IMG/VR virus record: IMGVR_UViG_3300009514_000374
Location: 77,008 to 141,007 of that record
Reading direction: 5' to 3' (one strand)
Source of the DNA: a virus
Length of the DNA: 64,000 bases
The notes below the pieces were generated by a model. The model had not been told where the DNA came from and did not search any database. It saw nothing but the letters and a program-made list of their open reading frames with translations. The stretch's first letter is position 1. Each line of letters begins with the position of its first letter. Positions 37,340 to 46,033 of this stretch are shown here, in pieces. A program made the position numbers and the translations under genes.

Positions 37340-37609
37340 CTAGGTGTCTTTCATCTGGCCCTGCGAGTAGAGGTCGTGGTCGCGTTCGATGAAGGCCACG
37401 GTCTCTGGATCGCAAAACCAGTGGAAGGCCAGCATCTCACGCTCGGCGTGTTCGATGACCTTCGCTCGTGGGTAGCCCTGCGAGCGGAGGTCGGCGTGTT
37501 CACGTTTCAATTGATCCGCAACCTCGGGTGGGAGATCCGCAAATGCGTTCTCTTCCTCCCACTCAAAGTGGCATTTCAGACAGCACGATGGTTTCGCAGA
37601 GGCCATCAC
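37340..37609 (-). CDS. Small hemerythrin/HHE-like protein
   Basis: HFEWEEENAF..LKREH..EHAERE..DH resembles HHE metal ligands; fills the gap between + strand genes. Confidence 0.5.
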   Translation of the reverse strand: MMASAKPSCCLKCHFEWEEENAFADLPPEVADQLKREHADLRSQGYPRAKVIEHAEREMLAFHWFCDPETVAFIERDHDLYSQGQMKDT

Positions 37610-37642
37610 TCAATCCGACCTATAGACGGGGTAAGGTGACTC

Positions 37643-37876
37643 GTGGACCGACGTAAGCGAATGATCTCTCGCAGGAATGCCAAACAGCGGAAGGCCGAGG
37701 CCGGAGAACCGCTTTCCCGCAACGGGTATTGGGGCGCGGGCAAGACCGAACCGGGCAACAACAGCCCGAAGCCGGGCTCCAAGCTGATTTTCAAGCCGGG
37801 TACGGCCGCCATCGCGGGTGTTTGGGAGCCGGGGTCGGACGGTGACCCTCCGGCCACCCCACACGAACAGCCGTAG
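37643..37876 (+). CDS. Small hypothetical protein
   Basis: 77-aa ORF with AAGGTGA RBS. Confidence 0.35.
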   Translation: MDRRKRMISRRNAKQRKAEAGEPLSRNGYWGAGKTEPGNNSPKPGSKLIFKPGTAAIAGVWEPGSDGDPPATPHEQP

Positions 37877-37901
37877 ATCAGGCTATACGGGTCCACTGGT
37901 A

Positions 37902-38573
37902 GTGGACCCGTCCGCGAAAACGGTTGCTGCGCGCCACATGCGGCGCACCGCTGCGCGTGAGATCGAAGCCTCGATCAACAAGGCGATCGTCCCGCTCACG
38001 GCGCATTGGAAGCCTGCGGGTGCGCCCGTGACGAACGAGGACAAGGCCCGAGCCCGTCTCTCCGACGCCGAGATGGCGGAGTGGCTGGAGGAAATGCGGC
38101 CCGAAGCACGGATCGGACACATCCGAGGTGTGTTTGGGATCGAAATGGGCCGCCATCGCCAGTGGCTTGCGCTGGAGATCCCCATTGTCGTTGGGGACGA
38201 TGGGAAGGTCGTCACCTACGGTCCCATGTTCGGTGAGCACGATGTTCGGTTCATCCGAGGCAGCGAGAAGCCATTTCGGACGGAGCCACAGCTAGCCGAG
38301 GCGATCGTGTATCTCCTGGCCGGTCAGGGCTCCCTGGATGGCCCCCTGACCGTCAGAGCCAAGGCGACGGTGTGGGAGAGCCTGATGGGTGCGCTCAAGG
38401 TGAGCGTCGGTGAGGGTTTCTGGAAAGTGAAGCCGGGCCATGGCTACGCGGCTCAGGACATTCGCCCCAAGGCTTCCCCGTTCGTGGAGCGGATGGTCGG
38501 CCATCTCACGGCTGAGTGGGCTCGGGAAACCGGCTACTCACCCATGCTTTCGCCTGCATGGCAAAGCGCCTGA
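37902..38573 (+). CDS. Hypothetical protein with N-terminal PSAKTVAARH motif
   Basis: In-frame GTG 37902 (or ATG 37938) after a late-promoter-like motif. Confidence 0.55.
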   Translation: MDPSAKTVAARHMRRTAAREIEASINKAIVPLTAHWKPAGAPVTNEDKARARLSDAEMAEWLEEMRPEARIGHIRGVFGIEMGRHRQWLALEIPIVVGDDGKVVTYGPMFGEHDVRFIRGSEKPFRTEPQLAEAIVYLLAGQGSLDGPLTVRAKATVWESLMGALKVSVGEGFWKVKPGHGYAAQDIRPKASPFVERMVGHLTAEWARETGYSPMLSPAWQSA

Positions 38574-38618
38574 TGCGCCGCTAGTTTCTCTATGCCCAGA
38601 CCCCGATAGGAGCCGCCG

Positions 38619-38990
38619 ATGTCCCTACGCAAGAAGCTGATCCGACTCGCCTACGAGAAGCCCGAGCTTCGATCCGATCTGATTCCGCTGATCAAGGTCG
38701 CTGCTCGTGTCGGCGACTCCACTTGGCGATCGATGCTCAAGGATCTGGAACGAGGCAAGCCGGGCAACTGGAGCTTCGACGGCCGTGGGCTTCGGGAGTT
38801 GGAGAACTGGATCGTGGAGCAAGGTGGCAAGGCAATTTCGCCTTCGTCACGTTTCTCCGAAGGCGACCAGATCAACTACACCCTGAACGGGATCAGCCTT
38901 GAGGGTACCTCGGGAAATTTCATGGGTCCGTTCACGCAGGTTCAGGCGCAGCGCGGCATGTGGCGCGGCACTCCGTATCTCGGTGATTAA
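38619..38990 (+). CDS. Small protein with N-terminal LRKKLIRLA..KPELR module
   Basis: AGGAG RBS; first 28 aa homologous to ORF 3891. Confidence 0.65.
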   Translation: MSLRKKLIRLAYEKPELRSDLIPLIKVAARVGDSTWRSMLKDLERGKPGNWSFDGRGLRELENWIVEQGGKAISPSSRFSEGDQINYTLNGISLEGTSGNFMGPFTQVQAQRGMWRGTPYLGD

Positions 38991-39736
38991 TGGCTAGTCC
39001 GATCAAGCTCCGCGACGGTTCCGAGGTTCAAGACAAGCGCCTGGCACGGTTGCGGGAATTCGATGAACGCTCACGGAAACATCCTGTGAGAGCCACGGTG
39101 TCGGCCAAGGCACCGCGCAGTTACACTTGGCGTTGCGACACGTATCTCGATCAGGGAAGCGAAGGCGCGTGTGTGGGCTTCTCCATGGCACATGAGCTTG
39201 CGGCCCGCCCTGCCGAGGTGAAAAACCTCGATGCTAAGTTTGCCCGCGAGCAGGTCTATTGGGAGGCGCAGCGGACTGACCCGTGGGAGGGAGGCTCGTA
39301 CCCTGGAGCCTCCCCGATTTACGAAGGCACGTCGGTCCTTGCTGGCGTGAAGGTCCTGCGGAAGCTCGGGTACATCGAGTCCTACAAGTGGGCGTTTGGC
39401 TTGGACGACCTCGTGATGGCTGTGGGCTACGCAGGCCCCGCTGTCCTTGGGATTGCCTGGTACGACGGCATGTTCGACGTGATGCCGTGCGGACATCTCC
39501 ATGTGCTTGGAGAGGCGGCTGGAGGGCACGCGATCTTGTGCAAAGGCGTGAACGTCGCTGACCGCACCTTTACCCTTCATAATTCGTGGGGAGAGTCTTG
39601 GGGTCGGGGGGGTGATGCCTTGATCTCGTGGGACGAGATGGATCGTTTGCTTCACGAACAGGGTGAAGCAGTGATTCCTATGGGGCGTGTTCGTTCCCCG
39701 TTGGTGCGTGCGCTTAGTCGGCTCGTGGGTCGATAA
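38990..39736 (+). CDS. Papain-family (C1) cysteine peptidase
   Basis: DQGSEGACVGF (Gln, Cys), GGHAI (His), HNSWGESWG (Asn). Confidence 0.9.
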   Translation: MASPIKLRDGSEVQDKRLARLREFDERSRKHPVRATVSAKAPRSYTWRCDTYLDQGSEGACVGFSMAHELAARPAEVKNLDAKFAREQVYWEAQRTDPWEGGSYPGASPIYEGTSVLAGVKVLRKLGYIESYKWAFGLDDLVMAVGYAGPAVLGIAWYDGMFDVMPCGHLHVLGEAAGGHAILCKGVNVADRTFTLHNSWGESWGRGGDALISWDEMDRLLHEQGEAVIPMGRVRSPLVRALSRLVGR

Positions 39737-39783
39737 TCTGCCGAAAGCGTGCGCCGCCACACGATCCAATTCACAATTGGATC

Positions 39784-40326
39784 GTGTTTCGTAGGTTGTT
39801 CGTGTATGTCCTTGTGCTCTTTTGCATCGGATGCGCACACGCACCCGCGCCACGCCCGTTCATCTTCCATATCGCACTCCACGTTCCCACCGACGCTGAC
39901 TACGAGGACGACGTTGCGTTCGCCATCGAGACGTTCGCCAAGCATGGCGTCGAGGTACGAGTGGACTACACGACTGAGGCCGAGGATTTCGTTCTCGATC
40001 GTGAGATGCAAAAGAAGATGTCCCGCTCGGCCTCCTTGGGCGGTCCTGTTCCGGTGTACTACGTGGACACGATCGTTCTGCGCAAGGGGGACGACGACAA
40101 GGAGTACAACGGGCTGCACTGGATACGGAACCGGAAGAACTACATCGCCGTCGCAAAGGATGCGAAACCAAGCACTCTCGCCCACGAGATCGGGCACGCT
40201 CTTGGCCTCGGGCATCTCACGGATGCCAAGGACAATATCATGTGCGGAGATCGTGGCGAGAACCCTGGCTTCACGGAATGGCAGGGCAAGGTAATGCGGC
40301 GCGGCCGAGCCTTGAAAGCTCGGTAG
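39784..40326 (+). CDS. Metzincin (matrixin-like) metalloprotease, probable lipoprotein
   Basis: HEIGHALGLGH plus Met-turn NIM; signal peptide ending IGC. Confidence 0.8.
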   Translation: MFRRLFVYVLVLFCIGCAHAPAPRPFIFHIALHVPTDADYEDDVAFAIETFAKHGVEVRVDYTTEAEDFVLDREMQKKMSRSASLGGPVPVYYVDTIVLRKGDDDKEYNGLHWIRNRKNYIAVAKDAKPSTLAHEIGHALGLGHLTDAKDNIMCGDRGENPGFTEWQGKVMRRGRALKAR

Positions 40327-40335
40327 AGTGTCCGC

Positions 40336-40890
40336 GTGGCGGTTTTCTTGCCCGATAAATTCGTGTACCTGGCGACTCCTTACACGGGGTCGATGGCCGC
40401 GAAAAGGGTGTTGGAGAAGATTCCCGGCACATTCGTTAGCCCACACCACCACGACCCGTGGGAGTATGTGAAGGAGCGGTGGGGAAATCGCATGACGGGC
40501 AACGAGCTTGTGTTTGCGTGCGTGCGCAACCCCTACGACTGGTTCGCAACGGCTTTCATCCGTTGGAGCCCGAGCATGAAGATCGACACCCTTGCCGAAT
40601 TTGTGCGTGTCTTCGATCGAGACCCCTTCATCCAGAACGGCCGGATGTTTTGGCAGATCGTGGATGGCGTACAGGTGTGGAAATACGAAACGCTGGAGCG
40701 TGACCTGAACGTGCTCATGGAAGTTAACGAATTGCCGCCTGTGGAGTTGGATCGGACGAACGTAACCGGCCGCAAGCAGAAGCCGTGGCCGGACTATTGG
40801 GATGCCGAAGCCGGGAAAGCGTTGCAAGAGCGGTTCGGAGACGAGCTTGTGCCCTACGGTTATCCGTCGCTAAAATGGAGTACACCATGA
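40336..40890 (+). CDS. Sulfotransferase-family protein
   Basis: PYTGS 5'-PSB-like loop, VRNPYDW 3'-PB motif, KYETLERD. Confidence 0.7.
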   Translation: MAVFLPDKFVYLATPYTGSMAAKRVLEKIPGTFVSPHHHDPWEYVKERWGNRMTGNELVFACVRNPYDWFATAFIRWSPSMKIDTLAEFVRVFDRDPFIQNGRMFWQIVDGVQVWKYETLERDLNVLMEVNELPPVELDRTNVTGRKQKPWPDYWDAEAGKALQERFGDELVPYGYPSLKWSTP

Positions 40891-41300
40891 CGCCTGATGA
40901 GATCTACGAACGCTTGGGGCTGATCGAGCCTATCGTGCATCGAGTTGCAGCCAAGCATCGAGTCCGGCAACTGCAAGGTGCCGGAGAGTTGCCTGACTAC
41001 TCCACGGGTCGGCGGTCAGGAAAGACGACGGAGACGATCATCAGGGCGCTGGCGGCCTTGTCCGAAACGGACAAGGTTGTGATGATCGTGGACAGCCTGC
41101 AACACAAGCAGTCGCTTCGGCAGGCGCAACGGTGGGCGAGTGAGCTTGGCCTGGACGCCTCTCGGCTCCGAGTCAGCAACGGCCGGAATTACGGGTTCCA
41201 TCGAGGATGGGATCGAGATCGAATTTTTGTGGACCCGGATGCGTGGCAGGACATGGACCTGCACGACCGCGCGTACCTCAACACCGTAGATCCGCGCTAG
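40887..41300 (+). CDS. Small P-loop protein (terminase-like Walker A)
   Basis: GRRSGKTT; possible degenerate Walker B IFVDPD. Confidence 0.55.
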   Translation: MTPDEIYERLGLIEPIVHRVAAKHRVRQLQGAGELPDYSTGRRSGKTTETIIRALAALSETDKVVMIVDSLQHKQSLRQAQRWASELGLDASRLRVSNGRNYGFHRGWDRDRIFVDPDAWQDMDLHDRAYLNTVDPR

Positions 41301-41363
41301 AGGGCCTATAGGGAGGCCACGGTAGGAGTCCTGCGCTTTGCGCGGATCCCACGCCGAGGCCCC

Positions 41364-42002
41364 ATGCGCAAACAGATCGTCCCGTTTCTGCTGCTCGCGT
41401 TCGTGTTTCTGACTGGCTGTAAGGCCCTCAGTGCCCGTGTGCTGCCTCCGCCGACTTACGACGAGCAGTGCCAGCCGAGCGACAAGCGCTTCATGGAGTG
41501 GGCCTTGGACACCCAAGACCTCGTTCCGATCGAGGAAATCTCGGCGGATCCAGAGGAATCGCTGGATCAGGTGATGGCTGAGCTTGATCGAGTTGGGCTC
41601 AAGATCGTGCCCAAGGGCGAGGTCGGGAACCCGCAGTGGGATGGCTTCACGACGACCTTCCCCGATTTCATCCTCGTCAGCGGAGATTGGGAAGGGAGGG
41701 GCGACGCGTCCAAGGCCGCTCTGCTTTGGCACGAGCTTGTCCACAAGGAGCAGTGGGACCGTCTCGGCCGCGAGGCGATGATCGCCCGGTACGCGACGGC
41801 TGCGGGCCGATGGTCCCTGGAGGTCGCGGCGTACCGGCAGTCGTTCCGTGTGCAACGGTTGTTCGGCATCCCCGAGGCTCAGATCCAAAGGAACATGAAG
41901 GCGCGTGCCGAGTCTCTCTACGAAAAGTACCTGCTCGGCTCGTCCATGCCGGAGTGTACGCAGCAAACCTCGATCGACATTTGGATGCTGGACGCCGCAT
42001 GA
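41364..42002 (+). CDS. Lipoprotein with HExxH zinc-peptidase motif
   Basis: Lipobox LTGC; WHELVH..SLEVAAY. Confidence 0.7.
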   Translation: MRKQIVPFLLLAFVFLTGCKALSARVLPPPTYDEQCQPSDKRFMEWALDTQDLVPIEEISADPEESLDQVMAELDRVGLKIVPKGEVGNPQWDGFTTTFPDFILVSGDWEGRGDASKAALLWHELVHKEQWDRLGREAMIARYATAAGRWSLEVAAYRQSFRVQRLFGIPEAQIQRNMKARAESLYEKYLLGSSMPECTQQTSIDIWMLDAA

Positions 42003-42307
42003 AGCCTTCCGCGAAACGTATTGCTGCTCGATGGCCGGGCAAGGAAACCCCTGACCTGGAGGGCATGGGTGACGCTCTTGACGACCTGGCTGCCGACGAG
42101 CGAGAGATCGAGGTCATTGAAACGAACATCGCGGATCTCCGGCAAGCCAAGGTTGCATCGGGGAGGCGTCGTCTCGATCTGGTAAACACGGTCACGACAT
42201 CGCTGGTCGTGCTCATGGCGAACATGGGCGACGATCCTGCCTTGCGCTCGCGTTCACGGACCCTGCGCAACCAACTCAAACTGCTGCTCGGCGATGTCCA
42301 AGACTGA
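41999..42307 (+). CDS. Small protein with N-terminal MKPSAKRIAARW motif
   Basis: ATGA overlap; N-terminus parallels that of ORF 15878. Confidence 0.55.
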   Translation: MKPSAKRIAARWPGKETPDLEGMGDALDDLAADEREIEVIETNIADLRQAKVASGRRRLDLVNTVTTSLVVLMANMGDDPALRSRSRTLRNQLKLLLGDVQD

Positions 42308-42986
42308 GATCATCACGCTTGCGGGCCTGAAAGCTCGTTACCCGGAGAGCGGGCTGCGTCACTGGCTCTACGAATTTGCCGAGGACGAGATCGACATCGG
42401 TTGGTGGCACGACATCGAGTTTGCTCCGACGCACAAGGTCGAATTCTTCTTGGCTGGTTCGCGCTCCGTTGCGTTCGTGGACTATGTGCTGTTGGAGTGC
42501 CCCGAGCACCACAACACGGATCGGCGAGTGGCGTACCTGCCTCAGAACCGAGGCGAGGATCCAGAATTTGCCCGCTTCCGTGCCTCGGCCTACGCACGCA
42601 ACCGGGACACGAACAAGTGGTGGCATCTCCAGAATCACGACCCGGAATGGGTGAAGGGTCGCGTCAAGGCGACACCTGTCACGTACATGCGTGAGCTTCC
42701 CGTTGAGCTTCGGCCCAACGAGGTTGTAGGCGGTTACGTGTATTTCATCCAAGGTGCGGTCGGAGGCCCGATCAAGATCGGGTGGTCGCAGGACGTGGAC
42801 AAGCGAGTGGCCGAGCTACAGACCGGGAACCCAGAACCTCTGAGCGTGATCAACATGATTCCGGGGACCAAAAACGACGAGCGGAGGCTTCACGACCTGT
42901 TGGGGCACCTGCGCATTTCCGGGGAATGGTTCATGGATCATCCCGACGTTAGGAGATGGACCCGTGAGATCCAATTCGCGTCCTGA
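42294..42986 (+). CDS. GIY-YIG (T5orf172/MUG113-like) nuclease domain protein
   Basis: YVYFIQ..IKIGWS..KRVAELQTGNP..ERRLH..GEWF. Confidence 0.8.
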   Translation: MSKTEIITLAGLKARYPESGLRHWLYEFAEDEIDIGWWHDIEFAPTHKVEFFLAGSRSVAFVDYVLLECPEHHNTDRRVAYLPQNRGEDPEFARFRASAYARNRDTNKWWHLQNHDPEWVKGRVKATPVTYMRELPVELRPNEVVGGYVYFIQGAVGGPIKIGWSQDVDKRVAELQTGNPEPLSVINMIPGTKNDERRLHDLLGHLRISGEWFMDHPDVRRWTREIQFAS

Positions 42987-43185
42987 TCCAATTCGCGTCG
43001 CCCGCAGGTTCCTGGCTTCCCCGAAACCCTACGGCGTTGAGCCCTTGCGGACCCGCTACGACTACGGCGATAGGCTCAAGCCAGTGGGCGAGAATTCCAC
43101 CGGGCACTCCAAAGTGCCTGGCGACGAGGACGAGGACGGCGAGGACGGCGAGGACGAGGACGAGGACGAGAAATGGTCCCGTTAG
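42964..43185 (+). CDS. Small acidic protein with IRVARRF motif
   Basis: 73-aa ORF; D/E tail; start uncertain. Confidence 0.45.
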   Translation: MRSNSRPDPIRVARRFLASPKPYGVEPLRTRYDYGDRLKPVGENSTGHSKVPGDEDEDGEDGEDEDEDEKWSR

Positions 43186-43204
43186 CGCACCGAGCGCGTG
43201 ACGG

Positions 43205-43232
43205 TACTCAGCCGATAGTCCTTCACTGGTAG
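43205..43232 (+). promoter_or_regulatory. Candidate late promoter of the fibre operon
   Basis: TAC-N5-CGATAG-N9-GGTAG. Confidence 0.55.
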
Positions 43233-43247
43233 GGAACGGGCGCCCGT

Positions 43248-45053
43248 GTGCCCAACCGGCCAGTGAGCAACATCGTAGCCGTCTTGATCGTTCGGTGTAC
43301 CCACACCGGCTTCTACAAGGACGGACGCCCAAATCCGGCGTCAGTGACCTTGTATGACCTGGACGAGATCACGATCCAAAAGAACCGCACCCGAGCGGTC
43401 CCGGTCACGGTCGGGGGATTCGTGGACATTCCGATGTCCACGCGCACCTTCATCTCGTACCACGAGGGTGCGATCTGCAAACACGTCAAAAATGGCGAAA
43501 TTACGGCAGAGATCATCCTCCAGCTTCGGGACAAGGGCCATTGCGGTGGCCCGGCCGGGACGGGCCAGGCGCTTCGCCCGGCCGTCCTGAACATCGAACG
43601 GGTGGCGAACGAGCTTCGGCTCGTGATCCCCAACAATGTGCCTCCGACCATTCTCGATTCGGTTGGCTTTTTGGTCGGGGAGCCTTTGACCATCTCCGGG
43701 CTCACCGGGGCATTTCGATCTCTCAACGGTGAGTACCAAATCACCGAAGCGGATCCGGGAACGGGGTTGGCCGGTGCCGACGCCGGTTCGTACCTCGTTG
43801 TCGTTCCTTCTGAGGGGCCGGACATCGCGGCGGCGACTCTCACAGGAGTCAACCTGTGTCTCACTGAGGGGCGGGTCACCTCTCAATTCGGATCTGGTGG
43901 AGATGTCGGCGGCCTTGGGGATAACGTATTCGGATACGTCGGCGGGATGTTGCTTCCGCACGCTGCTGGAGGGGGTGGCGGAGCACTCACGATTCTCGAT
44001 GAAGGTATCCTGATTGACCCGGCCACCACGTCGATCAATTTCGTAGGTGCGGGCGTCGCAGCCACGGGCGGCGCCGGAGCGGTCACGGTCACGGTGGGCG
44101 GAGGCGGAGGCGGGGCTCCGGTTGGGGCGACCTATGTTACCTTGTCGCTCGATCCGACGCTCACGGCTGAGCGGGTCCTGACAGCGGGTACGGGCATCGC
44201 CCTTGTGGATGGCGGGGCGAATGGTCCCGTGACGCTCTCGGTGGATGCGACGTGGGCCGAGATCCTGCTGAACGGGGCTACGTCAGGCGGAACGAGTCCT
44301 GTCATTTCGACGGGCGACTCGCTGCTCGGACAGACAGACCTGATCCTGTCCCCCGGTGGCGGTGCTGGCGACAACGTGATCATCGACGGCCTCACCTGGC
44401 CTTCTGCTGATGGCGCGTCAGGGGAAGCTCTGCTTACGAATGGTGCGGGCATCCTGAGCTTTGGGGCTCCGGCTCCGGCCCTTCACGCAAGCACACACGT
44501 CCATTTGGGGACGGACGAGATCGATGGCGACATTCTCGACATCGACTACGTTCCGACGAACTACACGCGCGACACGACGCCGCCGCAGGTTACGAGTGTT
44601 GAGGAATTGACCGCCCACCTGGCGGGCATCGACAACGCTCTGGCGACGGCAGGAAACGCGGATACTGCGGTTCTCTCGTGGGGGAATAGCAGCGTAGGGA
44701 ACAGCACGGCGGCTCGGATTCTTGATCCTGGCTACGACAATCGCGTGGCCCCTCTCGCCTCGTCAACGGCGTTTGTGGAGCTTCGGGCACCGCGAGCGGG
44801 CACGTTGAGAAATCTGTATGTCTACCACAATGCCCCCGGAGGTACGGGAGCCACCCTCACGTACACGGTTTACGTCAACGGTGTGGCAACGGCCATCACA
44901 GTAGGGGTTGCAAGCACGGCTGCCAGCGGAGCGGACACGACTAACTCAGTGGTGGTCGCTGCGGGGGATCGAATCCGAATTCAAGTGACCAAGGCTGCCG
45001 TGGCTGGAGGTGGGTCGCGTAGGCCCGAGGTCACATTGGAGGTCGCTGCATGA
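43248..45053 (+). CDS. Virion structural/fibre protein
   Basis: 601 aa, Gly/Ala/Thr-rich with poly-Gly hinges; HASTH..GTDEI fibre-type motif. Confidence 0.65.
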   Translation: MPNRPVSNIVAVLIVRCTHTGFYKDGRPNPASVTLYDLDEITIQKNRTRAVPVTVGGFVDIPMSTRTFISYHEGAICKHVKNGEITAEIILQLRDKGHCGGPAGTGQALRPAVLNIERVANELRLVIPNNVPPTILDSVGFLVGEPLTISGLTGAFRSLNGEYQITEADPGTGLAGADAGSYLVVVPSEGPDIAAATLTGVNLCLTEGRVTSQFGSGGDVGGLGDNVFGYVGGMLLPHAAGGGGGALTILDEGILIDPATTSINFVGAGVAATGGAGAVTVTVGGGGGGAPVGATYVTLSLDPTLTAERVLTAGTGIALVDGGANGPVTLSVDATWAEILLNGATSGGTSPVISTGDSLLGQTDLILSPGGGAGDNVIIDGLTWPSADGASGEALLTNGAGILSFGAPAPALHASTHVHLGTDEIDGDILDIDYVPTNYTRDTTPPQVTSVEELTAHLAGIDNALATAGNADTAVLSWGNSSVGNSTAARILDPGYDNRVAPLASSTAFVELRAPRAGTLRNLYVYHNAPGGTGATLTYTVYVNGVATAITVGVASTAASGADTTNSVVVAAGDRIRIQVTKAAVAGGGSRRPEVTLEVAA

Positions 45054-46021
45054 GCACACGTCGTTATCGCTTGCTCGGTGTTGATCCCGACGATTTGAAC
45101 GATTTGGTCGAGGCCGCTTCTGGGTCTTCGCTCAATCTGCTGGCGAAGGCGCTGTGGGCAGAGGTCACCGTTGCGGACGGTACGCGCGACATTGACCTCG
45201 ATGACTACATGGCGACGTTGGGCTACACGCCCGACACTACCGGCCCAACGATCGTGATCACGAGCGGGCCGCACTCTGTAGGCACTGAGTCTACGGTGCT
45301 GGTCGATGCGACGGCGGGACCCATCACAGTTGACATCCCTTTGCTGAGCGCGCGCTACGGCAACGATGTCACGGTGATGAAGATCGATTCATCCTCCAAC
45401 GCGGTCACTGTTTCGCGTTCAGGGGCCGACACCATCCAGGGGGTGACGACTCAGACGCTTCTCCAAGGCGGAGAAGCCCTGCTCCTGGTCGCCAACGAAA
45501 CCAATACTGACTGGAACATCGCAGCGAGCACGCGAGCGCTCGACAGCTACTACGACAACACGGGCACGACGATCACGGCTACGAATGTCCAAGATGCTCT
45601 AAGCGACATCCTGGTAGGCGACGCTACATCGTGTCTCTTGTTCACGGCAGGTGAGAACCTGACAGCCGGGGATCTAGTTGTCCTGAATACCAGCGGGGAG
45701 GTGGTTCGCGCCGATTCTTCTATAGCCGGGGGCAATTGGAGAGTTATGGGTGTCGCTAAGGCTACGGTGCTTTCAGGAGCACAGGTTGCGGTTTCGACCA
45801 AAGCCGGGGCGATGCCGAATGTGCGCTTTGGTACGCCTCCTGGCGCAGCCAGCAACGGATCGCTGGTTTTCCTTTCCACAACCTCGGGCGTGGCGACGAC
45901 AACGCCTCCCGTTACGAGTGGCAACACAATTTACCGGATCGGCTTTTTGCAGGGAGCCGATGGAGCGACGACGACACCCGCCGTCTTGTTCTTTCCGCAG
46001 TTCACTGCACAGCGCCCTTAA
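45050..46021 (+). CDS. Virion fibre/decoration protein
   Basis: VDATAGPITV..KIDSSSNAVTV; ATNVQDAL; C-terminal domain shared with ORF 46034. Confidence 0.65.
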   Translation: MSTRRYRLLGVDPDDLNDLVEAASGSSLNLLAKALWAEVTVADGTRDIDLDDYMATLGYTPDTTGPTIVITSGPHSVGTESTVLVDATAGPITVDIPLLSARYGNDVTVMKIDSSSNAVTVSRSGADTIQGVTTQTLLQGGEALLLVANETNTDWNIAASTRALDSYYDNTGTTITATNVQDALSDILVGDATSCLLFTAGENLTAGDLVVLNTSGEVVRADSSIAGGNWRVMGVAKATVLSGAQVAVSTKAGAMPNVRFGTPPGAASNGSLVFLSTTSGVATTTPPVTSGNTIYRIGFLQGADGATTTPAVLFFPQFTAQRP

Positions 46022-46033
46022 AGGAGCACCACC

